Below the pieces are notes generated by a model. The model had not been told where the DNA came from, did not search any database, and worked only from the letters and a program-made list of their open reading frames with translations. Both the position numbers and the translations under genes were made by a program. From Akkermansia muciniphila (GTDB lineage Bacteria; Verrucomicrobiota; Kiritimatiellia; RFP12; JAAYNR01), in NCBI GenBank assembly GCA_945870025.1, contig CAMBQN010000002.1, positions 75,762-139,761 on the forward strand: DNA of 64,000 nt, given 5' to 3'. Every line of letters starts with the position of its first letter. Positions within the stretch are counted from its first letter, which is position 1. Of this stretch, positions 17,085 through 26,139 are shown piece after piece.

Positions 17085-19172
17085 TCACCCCTTCTTTTTC
17101 GATCCCTTACGTTCCGCACGAATCACGCAGACGGCTGCCCGCTCCTGCCAGATCCCGGACTCCTGCAACCGCAGCCCGTCGCGCTCCAGATCGGCGCCCT
17201 TTCCAACCTCGCCGTCCTTGGCCGTCGCGCCGAACCCCCAGCGCAGAGCGTAGCGGCGGCCGGGTTTCAACCCCTGCGGCCGCAGGATCGGCGGGACGCC
17301 GGCAATGCCCAGCCGATACACAAATACCAGGCTCTCCTCCGCATCCGGATTCCGAAGTTGAAAGGCGATCCATTCCTCCCGGTGATCAATCGGCTCCGGC
17401 GGCGTCAGGAGATACCCAATCGCCCCCGTGATGAACCGCCTCCAAGTCTTGAAGAAGGCGATCGCCTCAGCCACGCGCGCGCGCTGCGCCGCCGTCAGTC
17501 CGGCCATGTCTCCGCTGATCCCCATCATGCCCGGCATGCCGGCCAGCAGCGCGTAGTCCAGGCTCGTGCTTTCCGCCATGCTCCAGGTGCTGGTGGGCAC
17601 CAGGACCAGCGGCGCGGAGTCCTGCATCGTTCGCCCGTAGTCGCACACCGCGCGCTCAACCGACCGGATGACAGGCCAGCGGCCGATCCGGCCGGGAGGC
17701 AGGCGCAGCCAGGAACCCTGCGTGATCCGCAGCGCGTCGGTGGGGTTCACGGTGTCGCTGAGGAAGAAGTTGTCGAAATGCCGCATCATCTCAAGGTCGG
17801 CGCGCATCGCGCCGCTGGCGCACCCCTCGAAGAAGACCTCGGGATACGCGGCGCGAACGTCGTCCAACAGCCGATGCCACGCGGCCGTGTAGTCCGAGAG
17901 TTCGGCGCCCGAGTCATCCGTATCAACGCGAAAATTGAAATCGATCTTCATCCAGGCCAGGCGGTAGGTTTTCACCAGCCGGACGATTTCCCCGCGGAGC
18001 CAGCGCCAGGCCGGGGGCTTGGTCAGATCCAGGCGGGCTTGGTTGCCGACGGGAATGAACCACTCCGGATGCTTGGCGCGGATGGGCGCCAGGGAACCGA
18101 ACCGTTCCGGCTCCATCCAGAGTCCGAACCCGAGGCCGGCGGCGCGAACCTCGTCTGCGAAGTCACGCATCCGCCCGCAGAACGCAGTCTTGGTCTTTTC
18201 CCGCCAGTCGCCGGTTTGCGCGCCCCAATCGCCCTCGCCGGCACCATACCAGCCAGCGTCAACCACGAACACTTCGCACCCCAGCTCCTGCGCGGCGGCC
18301 AGTTGCGTGCGCAGGCGCGACACTTCGAGGACCTCGAACTGATCGAACCACGTATTGAAGACCACCGGCGCTTGCGGCTTCGCGGACGGGTAGTGGTGGG
18401 CCAGGAGATAGCGATGCAAGATCGGCGCACCCAGGTGCGCTTCGCCGCCCGGCAACGGCTGGCAAAGGATTTCCGGGAGCTCAAATGTTTCCCTGGGACG
18501 GAGCGGGCGATGCAGGTTCTCATCGGACAGCCCCAGCTCAACCACCGCAAACGGCCGCCCGCCGCCCTCCACCACGGGCGTGACGCGGATCGTCCAGTTG
18601 CCGCGCGGCAGGACATGAAACGCGATTCCCTGAGCCGCGCCAGCCAGACGCACGGCCAGGTAGGGCGTGCCACCTTCCGTCGTGCGCCCGGAGAGGTGAC
18701 TCTGGCGCAGCCCGGTATGCAGCGGATTCCAGGCGCCCTGACTCTCGCGGCACCACGCACTGGCCTGCGTATAGCATTCATACCAACCCGGCGGAAGCGT
18801 CACACGGGCCAAACAACGCGATACCACCACCGGCCGCGCGCCGGCATTGGTCAGGGTGTCGCGGCGGCTGACGACGCCGGTCGCGGCGTCGCCCATCCAC
18901 GTCGTGGTCAACCGGACCGCCGTGTCTCCCACCCGCCAACGGCAGACCAGCGACATCGGAGCTTCCTCGACCTGCTCCAGCGCCAGTTGCGCACCTTCAT
19001 AACGCCGGCCGTCGAGCCGCAAGAGCGCCACCCCCTGGGTGGCCACCGGGCCGTTGTCCACGCCTTCGCGTCCGACCGGCAGACCGCACAACCGCGCAAG
19101 CCAGAAGCGCTCCGCAGTCCGATCAAAAACAGTTCCACAGTCCCAAATCGTGGTCATTACATCGTTAGCCAT
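17085..19172 (-). CDS. Alpha-galactosidase, GH36 family
   Basis: 695 aa; ATG 19172 with AGGAGA upstream. GH36 motifs: FVVDAGWYG, GLGFGLWMEPERF, nucleophile region LAWMKIDFN, and acid/base region FFEGCASGAMRADL. Confidence 0.8.
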   Translation of the reverse strand: MANDVMTTIWDCGTVFDRTAERFWLARLCGLPVGREGVDNGPVATQGVALLRLDGRRYEGAQLALEQVEEAPMSLVCRWRVGDTAVRLTTTWMGDAATGVVSRRDTLTNAGARPVVVSRCLARVTLPPGWYECYTQASAWCRESQGAWNPLHTGLRQSHLSGRTTEGGTPYLAVRLAGAAQGIAFHVLPRGNWTIRVTPVVEGGGRPFAVVELGLSDENLHRPLRPRETFELPEILCQPLPGGEAHLGAPILHRYLLAHHYPSAKPQAPVVFNTWFDQFEVLEVSRLRTQLAAAQELGCEVFVVDAGWYGAGEGDWGAQTGDWREKTKTAFCGRMRDFADEVRAAGLGFGLWMEPERFGSLAPIRAKHPEWFIPVGNQARLDLTKPPAWRWLRGEIVRLVKTYRLAWMKIDFNFRVDTDDSGAELSDYTAAWHRLLDDVRAAYPEVFFEGCASGAMRADLEMMRHFDNFFLSDTVNPTDALRITQGSWLRLPPGRIGRWPVIRSVERAVCDYGRTMQDSAPLVLVPTSTWSMAESTSLDYALLAGMPGMMGISGDMAGLTAAQRARVAEAIAFFKTWRRFITGAIGYLLTPPEPIDHREEWIAFQLRNPDAEESLVFVYRLGIAGVPPILRPQGLKPGRRYALRWGFGATAKDGEVGKGADLERDGLRLQESGIWQERAAVCVIRAERKGSKKKG

Positions 19173-19181
19173 GTTATTCTC

Positions 19182-20192
19182 CTAGACGCGCGGCAGCAAC
19201 CGGGCCGGATTGCGCACCAGTATCTGCGTAACCTCCTCGTCGGTCAATCCAAATTCCTTCCATTGTGGCAAAACGTGTGTAAAGAGATAAACGTACGGCG
19301 GAAGGGGCATCCACGAGCAAGACACAAAAGGACCGGTGACGTTGTCAAAAGCCCAGTCCAAGCCGAGTGTCAGCCGGTCGCCAAAACCGGCGTCAAAGAG
19401 GCGGCGAATGGCGTCCACCACCGCGCGCCAGTAGGAATCGTTGCCTTCCGCCTGCAGATTGGTGATACACAGTGACGCCCCTCGATCCAGACATTGCCGT
19501 ACTTCGCCCGGCAGGCGCACCAGATGGGGTTGCACATGCCCGAGGATCACCCGCGAGGGGTCGGCGCCGGCCGCCTCCAGGAGATCCAGTTGGGCAACGG
19601 GAGACGCGAGCGGTTCCAGCGCGGGTTCCACATGAGTTGTGATGCAGAGCCCGGTGCGGCGTTGCGCCAGAGCCCCGGCGCGAAACGCCTTCTCCTCCCG
19701 CGGGGTGAAAGCCGTGCGAGTGCTCGCCAGCTTGATGATGCCGGCGCGCACATCCGATCCGCGGATCCCCTGCTCGCACTCCTGCACCAGCAAATCCGCC
19801 AGCGCCTCCACATCCCAGGCGGCTACGCGCGGGTCCATCCAGCGATGGGGATAGGTCGGGCACCCCGCGTACTCCCACGACTCCCGCTCCCAGGCTTCGC
19901 GGTAGAAGCCGGTCGCGAGCACGATGTGCAGATTGGCTTCACGCGCCAGCATCGCGTAGACCCACGGCTCGGCCCGCATCGGCATGGGCGTGGCATCCAC
20001 CAGCGTGTGACACCCATGATCGTGCAACCGCTTGAGCGCCGGGATGCCGCAGTCACGCAGGAGCGCGACCCGCTCCGGCGGCGTCGTTCCCTCCGCTTCC
20101 GCATATTGATCCAGATGCAGATGCTCGTGCATCGTCACGGTGCCCAGCTCGCTGGCTGGAACCGGACCTAGGACTGTCATCACTTGGCCCAT
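19182..20192 (-). CDS. Phosphotriesterase-family (PTER-like) amidohydrolase, possible lactonase
   Basis: 336 aa. LGTVTMHEHLHLD provides the HxH metal site. Other motifs: HTLVDATP, HIVLATGFY, IIKLAS (carboxylated-Lys position), ITTHV, ILGHV, GLDWAF. Confidence 0.75.
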   Translation of the reverse strand: MGQVMTVLGPVPASELGTVTMHEHLHLDQYAEAEGTTPPERVALLRDCGIPALKRLHDHGCHTLVDATPMPMRAEPWVYAMLAREANLHIVLATGFYREAWERESWEYAGCPTYPHRWMDPRVAAWDVEALADLLVQECEQGIRGSDVRAGIIKLASTRTAFTPREEKAFRAGALAQRRTGLCITTHVEPALEPLASPVAQLDLLEAAGADPSRVILGHVQPHLVRLPGEVRQCLDRGASLCITNLQAEGNDSYWRAVVDAIRRLFDAGFGDRLTLGLDWAFDNVTGPFVSCSWMPLPPYVYLFTHVLPQWKEFGLTDEEVTQILVRNPARLLPRV

Positions 20193-20344
20193 GGTGCTGT
20201 ATCTCTCCGTAATCCGTAGTCGTCGCTGTAGTCGTCAACCGGCGCACATCGTTGTCGCAATCAGTGAAACATTCCACCACCATTCATACCTCGTTACAAA
20301 TACGACCCCTATGCCCTTTCTGATCTTCCGCGATCATCTGCCCC

Positions 20345-21610
20345 TCAGCCCAATTCCCTTGCCCAGGTCAGCTCGATCACCGTATCCAGCGGGTCCCACA
20401 CATCGCCGTCGCACAGGCTGACGCTCAAGCCTGCGTCGCTTTGCACCAGGTCAACCGCGTGTCCGTTCGCGAGCAACCGCGAGGTTCTATAGCGTTTCCC
20501 AAAATGGGTGGGAGGAAGATGGAGGGTGCGTCCTTCCGGCGCCTTCAGGACGTGGAGGTACTCTTTGTCGGCGTCGGCGGAGCGCGTGGCCACGCCCCAG
20601 GTCAGATTGTCAATGGTGCTGCCGGCATGGGTGCGGTAGCAGAGGCTCGGCAGCGTGTTTTTGATCGAAGGCGCGATTGGAGCGATGAGTTTTCCAAGGG
20701 CCGTCATGGTCTCGGCCACGCCGGTCTCCCAGCCCCCGCCGACATACGGACCGGCCGCCCACTGGACGCCACCACCGTCAATGCAGCTCCCGGCCTGCAG
20801 CACGGTGTACCGGAACATATCCTCGGCAGAGTAGGTGACGACGTTCTTCCCTCGCGCGGTATTGGCCAGCCAACTGTTGGCGATGACCGCGGCAATCGGC
20901 ATGGAGTTGGAGGGCCAGCCGCGTCCGTCGCTGGAGGCAAACTCGTCCCAGTGCGCGTATTCCTTATCCCCCATGTCGCAACAGTAGAGGTTGCCGTAGT
21001 AGTTCGTGAGCATGAACAGGTCGGGGTTGCGGCTCTTGATCGTGCGGCGCAGGCGGTTGTAGTCAAGGATGCGATCGGAGTTGCCGCGGCAGCTCTCGTC
21101 CAGGTAGACGCCCAGGATATCCTGGCCGTAGCGATCCACGACTTCGGCGTAGACGCCGTTAATGAAGTCGTTCCATTTAGCCTGGTTGAAAGTTGCCGGG
21201 TTCGGCTCGCCATGGAAGCCCTTGCCGCCCGCGCCCCAACCGGTCGCAATGGCGTCGGCCTCGGAGAAGTCGTGGCCGTCGCGCGGATGGGTGTAGAGCA
21301 GCACGGCAATCCCCTTGGCCTTCACGGCGCGGATCATGTCGCCGATCATGTCCCGGCGCACGCTGTGGCCGCTCATGTAGGTGTCGTTGGCGGCTGAAGG
21401 ATAGAGGCAATGCGCGTTGTAGTGCCAGGCCGTGAAGAGCACATACTCCACGCCGAAGGTTGCCAGATCGTTGGCGAACCCTTCAGCATCAAAGCCATCC
21501 GCTGTTTCGTCGGCCGTCGCCGGAATACTGCCATCCGGTCGGCAGGTCGCTTTCGCCACATAGTGGACAAACATGCCGTATTTCATGGTTCTGAAGTTCG
21601 AGTTGGTCAT
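20345..21610 (-). CDS. GH29-like alpha-L-fucosidase family protein (distant)
   Basis: 421 aa. KYGMFVHY...GFDAEGFANDLATFGVEYVLFTAWHYNAHCLYPS...RDMIGDMIRAVKAKGIAVLLYTHP follows the GH29 N-terminal TIM-barrel pattern only loosely. Confidence 0.5.
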   Translation of the reverse strand: MTNSNFRTMKYGMFVHYVAKATCRPDGSIPATADETADGFDAEGFANDLATFGVEYVLFTAWHYNAHCLYPSAANDTYMSGHSVRRDMIGDMIRAVKAKGIAVLLYTHPRDGHDFSEADAIATGWGAGGKGFHGEPNPATFNQAKWNDFINGVYAEVVDRYGQDILGVYLDESCRGNSDRILDYNRLRRTIKSRNPDLFMLTNYYGNLYCCDMGDKEYAHWDEFASSDGRGWPSNSMPIAAVIANSWLANTARGKNVVTYSAEDMFRYTVLQAGSCIDGGGVQWAAGPYVGGGWETGVAETMTALGKLIAPIAPSIKNTLPSLCYRTHAGSTIDNLTWGVATRSADADKEYLHVLKAPEGRTLHLPPTHFGKRYRTSRLLANGHAVDLVQSDAGLSVSLCDGDVWDPLDTVIELTWARELG

Positions 21611-21686
21611 GGGGTTCCTTTGGTGCCGGATAATCGGCGCGTCAGCGACAAGGCGATGCGTTGTGGTTGCTTCTTCATGAATGCGG

Positions 21687-21748
21687 CTAGGAGACTGTCG
21701 GATTTAGGCCTCGGATCAGTCTGGAGCCTCCTGCCGACAGTCTCCTAG
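21687..21748. repeat. Palindromic hairpin element (CTGTCGG-core family)
   Basis: The 15-nt perfect arms ctaggagactgtcgg (21687-21701) and ccgacagtctcctag (21734-21748) enclose a 32-nt loop. The element lies in the leader/promoter region of the 20345-21610 gene. Confidence 0.75.
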
Positions 21749-21870
21749 TAAGGGAAACCCGCCGTAAACGGTTGGCGAATGGCACTAAAATAAGAAATTT
21801 GGCTGTTTTGCCGGGTCTTTGGCTACCACTTGCGCATAGATTTTGCTCATGGCGGCGGGTTTCCTAGAAC

Positions 21871-21928
21871 TAGCAGCCTGTCGGCAGACGGCTTGTGACT
21901 CCAGAAAGCTAAGTCCGACAGGCTGCTA
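21871..21928. repeat. Palindromic hairpin element (CTGTCGG-core family), terminator-like position
   Basis: The 14-nt perfect arms are tagcagcctgtcgg (21871-21884) and ccgacaggctgcta (21915-21928). The right arm overlaps the TAG stop of the 21926-24616 gene. No U-tract follows. Confidence 0.7.
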
Positions 21929-24616
21929 TGCAAACGGTTCCGTGCTCAGCACACCCAGGCTGCACTGCCCCTTCTGCTCAGGTGGCATCGGAGGAGCCGG
22001 CTTAGGGTTCGCCTTCTGGTTCGCGCGCCACTTCCGGACGTATTCCCAGAAACCATCCGGATCGGCCTCCGTGGCCATGGCCACGATCTTCATGACACGC
22101 GGAAGATGGTCGCAACCGGGAAGCGCCCAGAATCCCGACGTCTGTCCCGGCGCAAAATCCTTGCCGCACTCCGCCACACCCGCCATGGAGGCAGCGATCT
22201 CCGGGTCTTTCGTCAGGTCATAGGCCTCCATCGCCCCGGCTCCGTACTTCGCCTGGGCGAGCACAAAGTCGCGCAGAGATTGCGACGGGAAGAGGCGCAG
22301 GGCCGGCCCCAAGGCATGATACGGGTTGTTGGCGGTCGAGAGCGCCTCCCCCTCAACCACGGCCTCGGCGCCGCGCGGACCGCGCGTGTAGACGTTTGCC
22401 GGCAGGAAGCCCGGCGTGCGCACGGTGCGCAACAACCAGTTCAGCGAACGTTCCGCCGGCGTGCCGTATTTCTCATGCCAGGTCAACTGATAGGCCTCGA
22501 TCAAAATCGCCAGCGGCCCCACGAATTCCCGCGAGATAGGCGAGAAGCACGTGATAATGCCGCACGGTTCCAGCTTGTTGTCCGCGAGACCGTCGGCCGC
22601 TTCCAGCGCGATCTCACGCATGCGCCGGTTGCCGGTGATGTAGTAGTCAGTCGCAAAGGTACCGGTCTCGGAGTGCGACCGGTTAAGGGCGTTGGCCCAG
22701 ACATGGGGGCCGTGATAGTGGATGCAGCCGACGTTCTCCTCGTGTCCTGGAAAAGCATGCACAAAACTCGTCTCGGCGGTGGCGCGCGAGGCGAGTTGGG
22801 CCCAACGCAGATGCCGACGCTCGCCGGAATGCAAGAACTGCGACCAGGACCACTGCACGCTGTCCATGGCCTCGTTGCCGTAGGGGCCGATGTGGCACAG
22901 CGCTTTCTCCGGCTCGGTGTCCTTGAAAAGGCTGTACACGACGCCCGGAGCAACCATCCCGCCCGTATGAAGGTTGGGCGTGTGGCCGTGGATCATCATT
23001 CCGTACCAGCGGCAGCGCACGAGCGGCTCGATCATCATCCGATCGAAATACTCGTTCAGGCCGCGGTCGAGTTCGGTGAAGAGCGGGTGACCCGCGGCCA
23101 GGAATCGCCCAAACACATCGGTGCCGCAGAGGTAGCCTGGGTCCACGATCCCCATCAGCGGTTCCTGCACGGCGGCGCCGAACGCGGCGGCTTCGGCGCT
23201 GGCTACCGGGCCGGCGGCAAAACGCAGGACAATCTCGGTTGTCTTGGCTGCGCCGATGCCGGTGAAGGCGCCCATGAAGTCATTGTAGCTCATGGCCCGG
23301 CCCGGCGCCAAGCGGGCCACCACATCCTCGACCCAACGCACATCGTCGCTGCCGGAGACGCCGAACGAGTTGAGCGCCAACGGCGCGGTCGGGTGTTCGG
23401 CGAGCAGGCGCTTGATCTCATTCTCGTCGCGGGTGCCGTTGAAGTGGATGGGCGGCTCGTCGAACGGCGACAGAAAACTCAGCGGCTGAGGCGCGTCCTC
23501 CGGCCAGATGCGGATGTCGATGTCGGCGGACGACACGGCAAAGCCCTTCGGATACTCCTGCCAGAAATCGCGGATGCTGGCCACCACGCTCGCCTCGGGG
23601 CCGCTGAGGCTGGCCCAGCCCATCGCCTTGCCGCCGCCGCCAAAGGGCTGATCGTTCAGCCGGGCGGCATAGTGCCGGTCGTCCGTCTGCAGGATCGAAA
23701 GCTGGCCAGGCGTGGTGTTGGCGGGATTGGGACGGTCGCGCACCTGATCGCAGCCGATGGCGCCCATGGTGGCATATCCGTTCACGCCGGGGGTCAGGTT
23801 GCGGCTGAAGTGCGCTGTCGCGCCTTCCCCGCCGACCGCCGCCACCGCACCGTCGCCCGTCTTCGCAAACACTTTCAGGCCGATGGCCTTCAACTGGATC
23901 CGCGTCGGATCCTGGTCGAAGATGAACGTGTGGAAGATCCGCATGTCCGTCTTGCCGGCGTACAGGTGGATGCGCAACCTATACGGACAGAAGCGCAGCC
24001 CCTCGGGGGAATAGAGGTGCCCGGTGACCAACAGGCAGACGCGCAGCGCCCCCTGTTCCTCCACGACAATTCGCGGCGCAGGACAAATCCCCTCCGAGGT
24101 GTAGAGATTACCGTGCTGGTCCTTCATGTAGAGCAGCAGCCCAGTCCCCTGCCACGCATCGCGCCAGCCGTCCGCGGTCTTGATCTGGCAGCCGGCAAAG
24201 GGCGAGGTGTTCTCCCGCAGGCGCCAGCGCTCATAGTTCGTGCGCAGCTTCAACCGTAACGCACCGGTGTCCACGGTCAGGATGCCGTTGGCTTCGCTGG
24301 TGGTGATCGCCTGCTCCGGCGTCAGGCACTCACCCTTCGACGGGAACTCCAGAAAAACCTTTTCGCCGTCCAGCACAGGGTCGACCTGTAGATCGGCCAG
24401 CAGCCACTTGACGTCACGCAGGTCCTTCTTCCAGGTCGTCATGACAGACGTTTGCAACGGAATCTCCCGCCCGTCAGCCGTGACCGCACGCAGCCGCGCG
24501 CCAACGGGAAAATCCCCCTCGGCGAAAGGCACGCCAAAGGTCAGTGGCTCATGGCCATAGCGTACGCCGCTCTCGCCGGAGAGTTTGACGGATATTCGTT
24601 TTGCATCGGTCTTCAT
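21926..24616 (-). CDS. Large hypothetical glycan-active protein, possibly PcRGLX-like (exo-rhamnogalacturonan-lyase-like)
   Basis: The ORF extends to 24736; the preferred start is ATG 24616 (MKTDAKR, GGAGA RBS). The N-terminus YGHEPLTFGVPFAEGDFPVGARLRAVTADGREIPLQTSVMTTWKKDLRDVKWLLADLQV resembles the N-terminal barrel of PcRGLX-like proteins. This is recalled from memory and not verified. Confidence 0.4.
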   Translation of the reverse strand: MKTDAKRISVKLSGESGVRYGHEPLTFGVPFAEGDFPVGARLRAVTADGREIPLQTSVMTTWKKDLRDVKWLLADLQVDPVLDGEKVFLEFPSKGECLTPEQAITTSEANGILTVDTGALRLKLRTNYERWRLRENTSPFAGCQIKTADGWRDAWQGTGLLLYMKDQHGNLYTSEGICPAPRIVVEEQGALRVCLLVTGHLYSPEGLRFCPYRLRIHLYAGKTDMRIFHTFIFDQDPTRIQLKAIGLKVFAKTGDGAVAAVGGEGATAHFSRNLTPGVNGYATMGAIGCDQVRDRPNPANTTPGQLSILQTDDRHYAARLNDQPFGGGGKAMGWASLSGPEASVVASIRDFWQEYPKGFAVSSADIDIRIWPEDAPQPLSFLSPFDEPPIHFNGTRDENEIKRLLAEHPTAPLALNSFGVSGSDDVRWVEDVVARLAPGRAMSYNDFMGAFTGIGAAKTTEIVLRFAAGPVASAEAAAFGAAVQEPLMGIVDPGYLCGTDVFGRFLAAGHPLFTELDRGLNEYFDRMMIEPLVRCRWYGMMIHGHTPNLHTGGMVAPGVVYSLFKDTEPEKALCHIGPYGNEAMDSVQWSWSQFLHSGERRHLRWAQLASRATAETSFVHAFPGHEENVGCIHYHGPHVWANALNRSHSETGTFATDYYITGNRRMREIALEAADGLADNKLEPCGIITCFSPISREFVGPLAILIEAYQLTWHEKYGTPAERSLNWLLRTVRTPGFLPANVYTRGPRGAEAVVEGEALSTANNPYHALGPALRLFPSQSLRDFVLAQAKYGAGAMEAYDLTKDPEIAASMAGVAECGKDFAPGQTSGFWALPGCDHLPRVMKIVAMATEADPDGFWEYVRKWRANQKANPKPAPPMPPEQKGQCSLGVLSTEPFA

Positions 24617-24780
24617 TTGCGTTCTCCAGGATTGAACGGAGCATCGCCTACGTTGTGAATGGCGGCTTGAATCGTGAACCCGCGGCGGCTCCGCAACGTG
24701 CCGTCGGCATTTGGCTTCGCCAGCGTGCCCGGCCACGAGTCATTCCCCAACGCCGGGGAAACGTACAGGGTTTTCATGGG

Positions 24781-26139
24781 TTACCTCGCCTGTCTTTCGC
24801 GGGAAACAAGAGGCTCTAGGATCACCCGGAACACAGCGGCGCCGTGTTCCGCTACCTCGGTCCATGACTTCGGGGTGATTTCGACTGCGCCGTTTTGCGT
24901 GAAGGAAATCGCTTCGCCAGTACGTAGAATCTCGACGCTTTGCACGGAACGGAAATTCGTCTGCACGCGAAGGCAATCGTTTTTCGGCGCCTCGGTGACG
25001 TGGATGTAGTGGACGGTTGGATCCTTCAGTGAGACCGTAACGGTGCAGAAAGCGCCGTCGTTGCACCACCCCGCGAGCAGGCCGGACCCTTCCCCGCCGG
25101 TCGTCTCGAAGATCGATTCGGCGGCCCAGGACATGAATGATTCCATCGCGCCGATCATCGGCTTGAACTCCTCCGGCACGGTGCCGTCGAGCATGGGTCC
25201 CAGCCCCATGGTGTAGTTCCACTGACCGCGAAGCCCCAGCGAGCAAAGCATCTCGCGGATCCAGAACAACGGGTCGCGCTGATAGTTCCCCAGACCCTGC
25301 ACGTAGGCGCATTCCGCTGCATGTCCATCCGTGTACGGCAATGCGCCATGCCACCAGTCGTTGCAGGTCGGGATATCTTCATTGCAATCCTTCCGCGGCG
25401 GCAGACAGCCCACCCACTCAATCGGCTTGATGAGCCCGCCGGGACGGTTGTACGGCGGCTCGGTCCGGTTGGAAAGGAATTCGGTCGTGGAAACATCCAT
25501 ATCACGCGCATTAAAACGCGTATGACCATTGACCGCGACCACGGCGTCGGGAAGCAGGCGATGAATAAGCGCCGGCAGGTCCCCCAATTGCCACATCAGG
25601 CCGTCCAACCAGAAACCGGCAATCTTCGTACCGTGTCGTGCGACCAGTTCCTGCACCAGCGCGCGCAGCCCGGCGCCGTAGCCTTCCGGCGAGCGCAGGC
25701 ATTCGCCAACCCATGGTCCACCCGCGCTGTCCCAATGCCCCATGCTGCCCGGTACGTACAGGATGATCTTCACGCCGGCTCTGGCTCCTTCCTCCACCAG
25801 TGCGCCGATGTAGTCGCGCGTCGCGATGTTCAGAAAGCCGGGCACTTTCGTCGGATACATCACGGCCCAGCCGTCGCAGGAATGGACCACGGTGAATGTG
25901 ATGTATCTCGCCCGGACACGCATGGCCGTGGCGATGATGTTCTTCGCGAACACCGCAGGCTCCGGAGCGGCAGCCTCGAACTCGCGGATTGTTGAATAGG
26001 CCAGCGGCCTGTTCCGCGGTCCGGCGTAGGTGTTCCCGCCGCCGGTAAAGAGCCCCCAGTGGTGAAAAAGCCCAAAGCGGGCCGGGCCAAACCACTGCAT
26101 CACCCGCCTGATCCGTGCCTCATGTTCAGAACGATTCAT
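24781..26139 (-). CDS. GH29-like alpha-L-fucosidase family protein
   Basis: The ORF-track start at 26145 is GTG; ATG 26139 is preferred. The ARFGLFHHWGLF motif, ATAMRVRARYITFTVVHSCDGWAVMYPT and GVKIILYVPG follow the GH29 catalytic-domain pattern. The start overlaps the GH31 stop by 14 nt. Confidence 0.55.
   Translation of the reverse strand: MNRSEHEARIRRVMQWFGPARFGLFHHWGLFTGGGNTYAGPRNRPLAYSTIREFEAAAPEPAVFAKNIIATAMRVRARYITFTVVHSCDGWAVMYPTKVPGFLNIATRDYIGALVEEGARAGVKIILYVPGSMGHWDSAGGPWVGECLRSPEGYGAGLRALVQELVARHGTKIAGFWLDGLMWQLGDLPALIHRLLPDAVVAVNGHTRFNARDMDVSTTEFLSNRTEPPYNRPGGLIKPIEWVGCLPPRKDCNEDIPTCNDWWHGALPYTDGHAAECAYVQGLGNYQRDPLFWIREMLCSLGLRGQWNYTMGLGPMLDGTVPEEFKPMIGAMESFMSWAAESIFETTGGEGSGLLAGWCNDGAFCTVTVSLKDPTVHYIHVTEAPKNDCLRVQTNFRSVQSVEILRTGEAISFTQNGAVEITPKSWTEVAEHGAAVFRVILEPLVSRERQAR

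Noticed and set aside
126-24259. Many long ORFs antisense to annotated genes (for example 126-1343 -, 3807-5021 -, 6101-7024 -, 11700-12911 +, 12908-14236 +, 14633-16294 +, 17358-19475 +, 22106-24259 +; elsewhere also 29942-31936 +, 43447-44922 +, 47477-48499 +, 51375-53246 +, 58930-60999 +)
   Set aside because: Each lies opposite an ORF with clear family motifs. Their translations are dominated by R/A/G/P/H runs expected from stop-poor antisense frames of GC-rich DNA. None has a plausible RBS or recognisable domain.
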